The notes below the pieces were generated by a model. That model was not told the DNA's origin and ran no database searches. It was given only the letters and a program-made list of their open reading frames with translations. The position numbers and the translations under genes are program-made. Positions 51,301 through 63,300 of a DNA stretch of 64,000 bases are shown piece by piece (position 1 is the first letter of the stretch; every line of letters begins with the position of its first letter). The DNA comes from Azolla caroliniana (taxonomy: Eukaryota > Plantae > Polypodiophyta): positions 7,688,001 through 7,752,000 of the forward strand of contig JBHGNT010000008.1 of NCBI GenBank assembly GCA_043228905.1. Direction: 5' to 3'.

Positions 51301-54300
51301 ACCATGTCCCCTCACCCCTACTCATCCCATACATATTAGTTATACTCTTTATGCTTGTAAACCATCTCAAGAAGCATTCCACCACATGCACTAAGGTCAT
51401 TAACATGGATCATTAAGAAACATGGAGACCGAGTCTTAACAAGGCAAATCATTGGAAAGATTTAGAGAGACCTTTAATGTCAATGATTGCTCGCATGATA
51501 AGGAGCAAAGCATCGGTGCCCCACGATATAATCTGGGCAGAGATGGGAGCAATAACCGAGGCATTGTTCTGATTAGTGACATTTATCCAACATCTTTGGG
51601 AGCTACCTAAACGAAGGTACCCAAGGTTGGCACTTATGTCATCAAGACAACTAGCTGAAAATGGAGACACTCATTGTTGGTATGCTGAAATGCAGCAATG
51701 GTTCGAGTCACATGGCATGAGTATAAATGCTCTATCGTCGTTCCAATATAGCTTGCACTGTCCCCACCTAAATATGACCAAAGTGGAAAAGAATAGAGTG
51801 ATCCGGACTGATATTATTAACTTGGAAAACAAGATAACATGGATCAGCCCCAAAATACCACTTGGTACAAAGATGGCCCACTATAAAACGCACTTCATAC
51901 ATACATCGGAGGATGGATTCGTCATCAGGCCACCTTATATGGACATACATCTACCCTATGCGCTACGTACTGTGATAGGACAGCTAAGAACTTCATCACA
52001 TCAGCTATAGATTGAGGTAGGCAGATATACATGACTACCTCTAGAAGAGAGAATTTGCCAATTGTGTCATCAAGGAGTGGAATCTGAGGAACACTATGTT
52101 TGTCATTGTAGTGTCTTTTATGAAATCAAAGGGAGATACCATTGCCTCTTTAAACAAGGCTTTGGCCCACTACGCAAGGTAATGGAATATGAAAACCAAC
52201 GATGCCTAGGACTTTTCTTGCTAGAGCTCAAGAGACATCGGGAAAAGTTGTTGAAGAATACAGCCACCACACAAGCTCATCCACAAAGAACAATCACAAC
52301 TTTCTTTAGCCCCATCACTCCTACAAGTTCATCACGGGATACACAAATGGGCTCCAGACCAGGACATAACAATCGGGTTACAATTGATTGGGCAATAACA
52401 ATTTGCCGTGCACGTAGGCCCCGCCCCCATGGACCACGACCTCGACACCCTTGTCATCGATAGATAAAAGCCATTATCTCCCGCCATCGTAGGTGCTTCC
52501 CTCGCTTCGGAGACATTTCCATTTTGGATCGACCTATGCTAGAGATCTTTCAAAGACAAAAGCTACAATATACCTAACTTGAGAATCTCACATGTGCTAA
52601 AAACCAGATTCCCTCGTTTCTTCTCTTTTCATCTTATTTACTTTTATATTTACTGTGTAGTATTTATTTTATTTTGATTTGTTCTCAAAAACGAGACAAC
52701 ACTCAAGATGTAATCTCTTATTTGGTCTTATAGGCCATTTTGGCCTCATAAAAGACATTAATATATCTTTCTTCTTTCTTTCTTTACCCCACTCTTACAC
52801 AGTTACAGAGGCAACGATGTCCAACTATAATAATGATACAACCTTACCTTAAAGTTTTCCCTAGTTGTAATTATACTTATACAACTTTCTGGCCATTTAC
52901 AGATATAGCCCACATGGGGCACATTCAGACTATTTACATATATGGTCTCCCGATTTCAATTTCAATTTTCGATCTCAGCCTCGGCCGAAATACTCATTTA
53001 CTCCATCCGATTCAGTTCCTTCTCTTCCCATCCGGAGGGACCTGTTTCCCAACATAATTGTAGCCATCGTGTGTCTCATACACCAATTCTGTCCTCAAGT
53101 AGACATTAATCTCTTTTTTCCTTCCCATGGATAATATCACATCTTGACCACCATCACCTCATCCATAGATCCCCATTATAGTATTAGAAAACTTCCTAAT
53201 ACTATGTCCACAGGCTTCGAGTTCCCATAGCATAGGATTGCCATCAATGATGAGTAGACTATCACAATAGGTGGTTCTCTTCCCACCTGTGTTTTGTATA
53301 CTATAGGCATGCACGTTCTCCCACAAGTAACTTGCAATTTGATCAAGTCATCATCAACATAAATAGATGAATCATTCAGACCACATAGGATTACCTGCTT
53401 GTGGATGAAGGTGGTTCTTGCCTGCTCAAATGGGAACTAGAAGACGAGGTACTCTCTTTGGCTGTCTTCACATGCTCTCAATGATTCTACAAATGGGAAA
53501 GCTCTTCATTCTTGAAGCCAAGTTGAATGCATTGTTCTCTACCTCGACATCAAGCATTGAGATTTTCCAACAATCCCAGCCCAAGTGAACATTTCGAATG
53601 GAGGGGCATATTGATTTTCAATCTGTCCTTACTTCTCTCTCAACCTCAATCCAATCCTTCTTCAGATCATCTTTGATATCACAAAGGTCCAATTCCCTTC
53701 ATCATCATGTTCATGTAAGTTTTTCTTACTCTTGACTTTAAAACTTGAGGTTCACTAATATGATTACTTGGTTTACACAAGTGAATTTAGGTAGCTTTCT
53801 AAGTTCTTGATATTTCTAGAGAGTTCAAATGTTTTTCAAGAGCAACAAACCTAAGGTAAGAACACTGAACCGGAAGAGAGTCACCTCTTTCTTGTTCTCG
53901 GAAATTAGCTCTCAGAGAATATCTTCTACTTTAAAAAATTGATATTCTAATTTGCTTGTCATCCTAAATAGATTATGAGGAATCATGTTTAATTAGATGG
54001 AGGAGAGGATGATGATAGTCTTATTTTTCACAACCACACGATTATTAACCTCTTTACTTTCTTAAATGACTGCAAATGAAGATGTTTACCCTCACACCCA
54101 CACTCTACATCTTCAAAGACCAAGGCTTCTCAGGTTACTTTTGGTCTTTCCTATGTAATCAGTAGTGGTCATGTCAGCTGGTGCTTTGCAGATACGTAAT
54201 TTTCATATTGTACATAATATAATACCTTTAACTAGAAAAAGAAGAGAGGAAAAGGAATTGTCACCTGGTCAAATTGCAAGACGTTAATTTTCAAGCAAAC

Positions 54301-57300
54301 ATTGGACCTTTCAAGAACTAGTTTTTAGAATTCCTTACAACAATCAACACTAAAACGAAACATCAATGCAGTAAATTTTTTGAAACATTACCTTGGATGT
54401 ACTGCTGATAGAGCTATGATCCACCATCCAAATTTGAGTGCTTGGTCCCATTTTGTATACCTAGAAATAAACAAGGTGAAATGTTTCACAATGCAAGACA
54501 AGTAATCCATCAGAAATGTGTGTGATGTGCATGTAGTCTGTTTTGAAAACAAACTTCATTCAGGTCATGAATCCACATGCATATGCTTTCACTCATTTAT
54601 AAGCATAAAAATTAAGATTAAACTTGAAAGAATTTGCATCTTAACTCTCGACTAATGTCTAAAGTAAGAGAGCATAGTGTATAAGATAGATAGATTATTG
54701 TCATATTCGGAAGTCAAATATGACCCGTAAGACCAAACATATAACATTTTTCACACAATACACATGAAAAATGAGTAGCGACTCTTGATGTTTAAGAACT
54801 TTACTAATGAATGTCAAAATTGAGAGTGCATACTATGAATGTGAGTAAAATTCGTGCAAGGATTGGGTTTGGTCAAAGATATGTGAAAAGCATTGTTGAA
54901 TGTGGTCCAAGCCAAAGAGCATTGTATCGAAGTGTGAAACTCAGACTCCCGAAATTGTTTAGAGCAAAGACTGCACAATCGACTACTCTCATCACTTATG
55001 CTCCAATGCCCTATCTCACATCGTGGCGGGTGTAAGATAAGTCGTATTGGGGCAATGGTTCAGATGGTAGACAATGGAATGGGCTCTAACATCTATTGAT
55101 GTGCGTGGTTTCCCCATTCAACGAAAAATATGGTTTTGTTGTTAGGTGCAACATATGCAATATAATGTTGAAAAGTGTTACATTTTTCCCATGTTGTGAT
55201 ACCTTGGAATTGCAAAAGGGCCTCATTGACAAAGGAATCTATTGATGCATCATGAATCAAGTACGTTGGATACCCATCTTGCAAATCATTTTTCTATATC
55301 TTGTATCCAACAAGAACACAAAATTTTGCTTTTTTTCTTGACTTAGAGAAACTTTTGAGGTTCTATGCAATGCAAAATCACTATTGGATATATTAACATT
55401 TCACATTTAGAGTTACACTAATTTGCTTCACCTAATTAATAAGGCCTAGACATCCATAACTCTTTAGGAGTGCCTTTGATGGCACTAAAGAGATATTGTC
55501 CTTGTATCAGTCACTTTAATGGTCAGCTTTCCAGGTTTGAAGATAACATGAAGCCACAAAACAAAAAGTTCTTTAATTAGAAAACAACCATGCATACTCT
55601 CTAGAAGTCATCATAGCTTGTATAGTGTACAAGTAGATAAGAGGACCATGATTGGTCGCAAACAAGTGGAAACCATTGCGATTGAAATTGTGTAAATGGG
55701 TGGTGAACCTTCAATTTTTGGGAAACAAAACTAATTTCCATTTCCAACATTGCCTCCACATGCATCTAATTCCCCAACTTTGGTGGATCTTATCATATCG
55801 ATGTCCATGACTTTCAAAGGAACCCTCTACTCCTCCATGCTAGTACATACTTTCATCTGTTTTGCCAAGTATTTTGATGTGTGCATGCTTGGGCTAATGA
55901 AGCAACTAAAAACCCTTCGAGTCCCAATAGATATGCAATGGGGTATCTATGTATTGTATGAATCAATATCATGAAAAATATACACTTCTTTTGGGCATGT
56001 CTTCAAAACTGGAGTTAAGTAAGGATAACCACTCTCTTCAACCTTTATATGGATGAGCTATCTAATTACATAGAGAGTGCAGGTTTAGGAGCATGCTTAG
56101 AAGGGGGTAGCCATACCAATATTACTATATTGTCAATGACATTCGTATCCAAATATCCGGAGGAACTGCAAAGACATCTAAATGCTTTTAAGTCATTTTG
56201 AGTAGATAAAGATTGGTCGGTCGACCTTGATAGAACTAAAGTAATGATGTTTAATACCACTCAAGCATGAATAACGAGATTAGAACTGAATTATTCTTGG
56301 TAGAGGCAAATGTGGCGTACATACAAACCTACACATATCTAGTAACAACATTCATATGCCCTCGGTTCTCCCTACATGAGTTTGCATGTGCTCGACTTCC
56401 CCCTGGATATCAATCCTTCTATGCCCTTAGAGACAACATGCAAATATACAATTCTAAGAACCACAAACTGAATTGTGATTGTTTGCTATACATGGAACAA
56501 AGATTGGGGCATCAAATATTCCATTTGCTTCAGCGTGGAGGGTGGGAAGAGATGAGTCTAGAGCTAAAGCCCTTATCATCCACTTCATGGATATTGACAA
56601 GAAAAAAGCTTTCCTATCTAAAAGAAAGGCACTCAAGGGTGGAAAAATATACTTAGATGACGATCTCACTCCAGCCCAAGTGGCACACCACAAAGAAAAC
56701 ATGCCACGAGTGCTTGATGCAAGAAAGGAAGGAGAATGGGCCGTATATAGAGATGGCAAGGTCATTATTACAGAGAAGAGAATCGCATGATGATATATGG
56801 CCTATGAGACCCTACGCATGACCATATGGAATTGCAACGGCTCTCTAGGGCCAGATGTCGGATATTTTGAAGACACCTTCAAAAACACAGATATTGCTAT
56901 GTATACAGAGACCCACCAATGCATGGCTAGGAAACTCCCTGAGGTACAAGGATATGGATGGAAGTCAATTCGTCGTCCCCAACCAAAGACACCAAGAAGC
57001 ACTAGAGGTTCGGGAGGAGTGGCTGTGCTATATGAAAAGGAGCTCCACGATAGAGTGCATGTTGTCCATAAGGATGTAGATGCTACATGTGGATACGAAT
57101 CAAAAGAGGGGATCTTATTGCAATTTGCTACTTTCCACCTGCCTACTCAAGGTTTGCACCTCTAGGTGAATCATCATATCTACCATTATATGATGATATC
57201 ATAAGATTTGCTACTATGGGGGACATAATACTATTAGGAGATTTTAATGCGCGAACCAAGGATGAACAAACAACTAAGTTTAACACCAACGAGGCTGTCT

Positions 57301-60300
57301 ATGGAGAAGTTATGGTAGAAGAGGTTGGTCTAAAGCGACAAGCTCAAGATATGAGTGCTATAACTGTATGAGAAACACTTTCTAGCCTTGGGAAGTGTGC
57401 ATGGATTTGTGATATATAATGGCTTGTCACAATGGCCTGGATCAAATGCTTTGACATGTTGGAACCCAAAAGGAGGTGCAAGCACAATCGATTATCTAAT
57501 GGGATCTCCATCTCTTATACCAAAAATAAAAGAGTTCACTATATCAGGTAGACCTATTGGCTTGGCAGCAGATCATGCATATCTACGCTTTGAGGTAAAG
57601 GAAGGATGCACAAAGGATGTATATGCTAAGGAGAGGGGGCTGGCTAAGTATCTATTTACTCGCAAGACAATTGATGTGTATAGTTCTGGTGTATACAATG
57701 GCATGCTCGATTTGGATCCTTTCGCACCCCTTGAAGAACTTACCCAAGGATTGTCAAAATCATTGCATAAAGCTGCCACATGCCTTTCCTCACACAACAG
57801 CCAATCCCCCCAAACTTGGTCGAGTAATACAAAATAGTTGGTATGATGAGGAATGTCGTGATACAAAGAGATGCTTGCAGCATGATGTAACACGGGGCAT
57901 TTATACACACAAACAAGCGAGAGCAACCTTCCAATGCCTCGTAAGGAAGAAGAAGAGATTGTATTTGGCTAAATTTGAAGATCATTTGTATCGCTTGTTT
58001 CTAGGACAAGAAAGTAAAAGAGCATGGAAAATGTTTAATGAGAGGCAACCTACCACACAACTGACCTCACCTCAGGTGTGGCATGAATATGCAAAGGTTC
58101 TATATGATATCCCAGGGCAACCTCCTCTTCCCCACCCACATGCCCACATGAATCAACCTTTTTTACTCCACAAAATGTAAGAAATGCCATTGATTGGCTA
58201 CAATTTGGGAAGCCCAAGATCATGATGGTATGCCCGTGACACCTTGCTCCCATTGCTAGCGCACATCTTTAATAGAGCCATGTGTGAAGGTTTCCCTACT
58301 AGATGGACTCAGCATACCATTGTGCCAATCCTCAAGAGTAGAGACCCCATGATGCCAAGCAACTATAGGACAATCATGATTGACCATTACTTGGCTAAAC
58401 TATATGGCTTGATTCTAGAATCAGAATTGAGTATATTGGCTGAGCAGAATGGCTGCCGTTCAGTTGGACAAGCAAGCTTTCGGAAGGGGTTCACAACTTT
58501 GGATCACATATTCACCCTTCGGGCCCTTATTGAGGAGGGCAAAGCCCATAATAAGAGGATTTACTGCTGCTTTGTGGATTTCCGAAAAGCCTTTGACATT
58601 GTTCCACGTGCTCGGCTTATGTTGCGGCTAGAAGCCCTTGGTGTTCCTACATATATGCAATGGGGAATCTATGCACTCTATGAATCCGTGTCAGGAAAAG
58701 TGCGGTCTTCCAAGGGTTTGTTAGAGGCGGTGGCTAGCACAATCAGAGTGAAGCAAGGATGCCCACTATCACCCACTCTCTTCAGTCTCGATATAGATGA
58801 GGTAACACATTACATAGAGAGATTCGGTGGTTTGGGAGCACGCCTAGCAGGTATAGCTATACAAATATTATTATATGCTGATGTTATTGTGCTGATTTCT
58901 AACTCTCCGGAGGGACTCCAAAGACATCTAAATGCCTTAAAACTATTTTGTATGGACAAAGGTTTTGTCAATCAACATGGATAAAACTAAAGTGATGTTG
59001 TTTAACACCACTCAAGCATGGGTAACAATCAAAACCAAAAATCTTCTTGGGGGAGGAAAGGTGGAATACACACACTCCTACACATACCTAGGAGTAACAT
59101 TTACAGGGTCTAGGTTCTCCTTACAAGAGGTTGCTAGTCCAACCAACCTCATCCTATCCAACCCCATCATTACCCACTGCTAACATATAGAGATGAACAC
59201 ATACAATTTGTTCAAAGCTTTGAATATCTTAGTATGGATGTACCCGCCACAAATAAATGGAGTGCATGCTTTGATTCTAGGATTCAAGCCAGTTGGAAAT
59301 CGTATTACCTTTTGGAGAACCAATGCAACCAAAGTGATACTTGTGGATGGAAAGTAGAACTAATGTTCAATGCCATGGTATCTCAAGTATTGCTTTATGG
59401 AGTAGAGGTATGGGGTGGCACCATCCCTCTTAATGCATGGAATGAGATTGAGAAAATTCAAAAGATGTTTTTGAGGAAATTTAGGAGTTAAATGCACTAC
59501 CTCTTACCAGGTTATGCTCTTGGAAACAAGTGTTTGGCCCATAGAAATATTGGCACTCCAAAGAGTATATAGATACATTCAAAGTTCAAGAATATGCCGA
59601 ATCATCGATTACCACATCTTGCTTGGAATGTTGGATGTAAGCTACAAAAGAATCATAAGAGTAAAATTCTCACATACGGTTGGGTTGTTGATATAAGAAA
59701 ATGATTTAAATGATGGGGTGTGGATGATCTTTTAGAGCTTTCGGGTGATACTATGCAATATGTAATGATTGAGGAAAGGCTGGTGGAATCATTAAGGATG
59801 AAGTGGGAAGATGTTAAGAAGACAAAGTTAGAATACTACATTGCAAATGTCAACCCTGAATGTTGGTCTCAATATACAGCAAGAATGCCTAGATCGTATC
59901 CAACCTTATCTCATTACCGATCTGAGTAATAATGCTTGTAGCGCCCTTACACTACTTCGCACTCGATCTCACAGGTTAGGCATTGAAGTTGCATCATGGA
60001 ATCAAAATGCAATGAATTTGAAGGCATATAAAGTATGCAATGAAGGCATGGTAGAGGATGAATGTCACTTGCTCTTCACATGCTTGGCATATAGTGCAAT
60101 TCATTCAAGATATGTTGACATACTAAGAGAGAGTGATAACTTAAGTGCCATACTTAAGACACCACCCAGAAGGTTGAGCTCATATGTGTATGCTTTATTC
60201 ACGCATAGAGACTTTTTACTTCAATGTCTGAATACCTCTTTTTAGGAAGGAGACACATATCAAGAACACATGTATACTCTAATCCCATAGGTCAATTTTG

Positions 60301-63300
60301 GCCTTTTTATGGACGATAAAAATTCCAATTCTAATTCTAATGATTTCATATGACTAAATGACACATGATCTCCACTCCTAACCCTAGAGTCACTCTTCAA
60401 ACATGATCCATCCACACCAGGCGACTATGATCTGTCCATGGGAAGTGGTCTTCCTAGTTTGGCTTCCATACCCTGACAAGACATTTCCTGTATTGTCAGC
60501 TTACATAGTTGCTTTGCTTCAAAGCCTCGTCAAGCTCAATAGCACATTGCAAATCACAATATCTATCTGGCACCTCCACATGTAGCATTCTATATCATCA
60601 TGAGTAGACCAACTTAATGGTGCAATTCTGATTAAGCCTGAAATCCTAATATTCATCCCTCTATTCGTTAGTTTCTAGCCATGGTTCAGTGCCCCTAATC
60701 TAGAGCAGCAAACATCAACCAATATTTGATCTTTCATTTGCAGAAATTGAATAGTGAGCCAGTTGTTACACTTCATGTGACGCAATTGCCTCTGAATTAT
60801 TATGCCAACAATCTAGAGCTACCATTATCTATTATGATAGCCAAAGCTGCACTTGTGTTGCACGGAATCCATGTTTAATACCCACACAAAACACATCAAA
60901 GTACAATACCATAATATTCCTGGGATTGTGATCATTGGAAATCTTCTAACATATTGTCCCTCTTTTGCTCATGTATCAGCCACAATTTATTCTCAATCCT
61001 CTATTGCGTCTTCTCAGCCATCAGTATTTGAGATTTTTCTCTCCAATGGTAATTATCTCACACACCTAATCAATTATTTTGTTGTTGGGAGCTTCAAGCC
61101 TATCTGTACTTTGTCTTCTCTATTTAGTTTTGAGTTTATTTATTATGTTTTGAGGGTCAGTCTTAAGTTCTTATCAACTGCTTTTTCCATCTCTCTATCC
61201 TCGATCACAATCTCTCTACAGAGGATGGATTCATCATCAGGCCATCTTATATGGACATACATCTATTCTATACATTGTGCAGTGTGATAAGGCAGCTAAG
61301 AACTTCATAACATCAGTTAGAGATTGAGGTAAGGAGATATGCATGCACACCTCTAGACGAAAGATTTTGCCAATTGTGACATCAGCAAGTGGAAATTGAA
61401 GAGCACTATGTTTGTTATTGTAGTGTTTTTTACAAATACGAGGGAGATACCATTGCCTCTTTAAGCAAGGCTTTGGTTCACTAATCAAGGTGATGGAATA
61501 TGATGGCCAGCGGTGCTTGGGGTTTTTCTCGATAGAACTCAAGAGACACAGGGAGAAGTTGTTGAAGGACACAACACACACACACAAGCTCATCAACAAA
61601 GAATAATCACAACTTTTTCTTTAGCCGCATTACTCCTACTCATGCTACAAGTCAATCAAGGCCCACACAAATGGGCTCCTGGCTAGGATATAGCAAAGGG
61701 GTTACAATAGATCAGGCAATAGCAATTTGCCATGCACGTAGGCCCCGGCCTCATGTACCACAATCTCACCACCATTGTCATCAGCAAATAAAGGCCATTA
61801 TCTTCCAAATTACAGGTGATTCCCTCACTTCGGGGACCTCTCAGTTCTGCATCGACCTATGCTATATATCTTTCAAAAACAATATAGTATATGTGACTTG
61901 AGAATCTTGCACATACCAAGAAGAAGATTCTTTAGTCACTTTTTATCTTATTTACTTAGCAACATTTACTTTGGTTCGTTGTTTTCAAAGACGAGACACC
62001 ACCTAAGATGTAATCTCTCGTTTGGTCTTATAGGCCATTTTGGCCTCTTAACGGACGTTAATATGTCTTTCTTTCTTTCTACTAAATTTCTTTCACTACT
62101 ATTTCTTGAGTTTCTCAACCTTATCAAGGAGGGCAAAGCCTATACAAAGTGGATTTATTGCAGCTTTGTAGATTTCAGAAAAGCCATTAACAATGTACTA
62201 TGTTCTTGGATCATGCAATAACATGAAACGCTTGGTGTTCCGGTAAGATATGCAAACAAGGAGTAAACCAAGGATGGCACGTATTGTTGATTCTGAGGTA
62301 TCACTTACATAGAAAGATTTAGCAGTTTATAGCCACACAAAATTACTCTATGTTGACAACATTTTGCTTATCCCCGACTCTGTAGAGGGACTATAAAGAC
62401 ATCTAAAAGCCTTTAAAACATTTTGTATGGATGGTAAACCTAGAAAAAACTAAAGTGATGATCAGAACCAGAAGTCTTCTTGGGAGAGAAAAGGTGGCAT
62501 ACACATGATCCTACTCATAGCTATGAGTAACATTCACAAGGCCTTGGTTCTCCTTATAGGAAGCAACTTTTGCTTGACTTCTCATGGATATGCAACCCTT
62601 GATGCTCTTGGGAGACAATGTGTACATATACAGTTCCAAGAGCCACAAACTAAATTGTGGCTATTTGATATACTTGTCATGCCAAATCTTCACAAGGCAA
62701 ATAAGTGGAAAGATTTGGAAAGACCTTTAGCCTCAATGATTACCCACACGATAAGGAGCAATGCATCACCATGATATAATTCAGGCAGAGATCAGAGCAG
62801 AGATGAGGCATTATTCTGATCAGTGACCCATATCCTACAACTTTGGGAAATCCCTAAACGAAGATGTCATCGACACAACTTGCTGAACACAAAGATAATC
62901 ATTGTTGATATGACGAGACACAACAGTGGCTTGAGTCACATGGGATAAACATAAATAAACTACCCTCTGTTACAATATAGCTTGGGTTATCCCCATCTGA
63001 TCGTGGCCAACACGGAAGTGAATAGAGTAATTCGAACTGATATGATCAAAATTGGATAATGGAGAACATGGAGCAGCCCCACAACATCTCTTGGTACAAA
63101 GATGGCCCACTATAAGGCACACTTTTTTCACACATCTGAGGATGGATTCATCATTAGGCCTTCTTATATCAACATATATCTATTGCACGTGTTGTGCAGT
63201 GTGATAGGGCAACTGCAGAACTCTTAACATCAAGTAGAGATTGACATAAACTTATATGCATGCACACCTCTTGAAGAAAGAATCTACCAATTATGGCATC

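Noticed and set aside
53055-55330. Probable old gypsy remnants flanking exon 2
   Set aside because: Too decayed to assign domains or boundaries without alignment.
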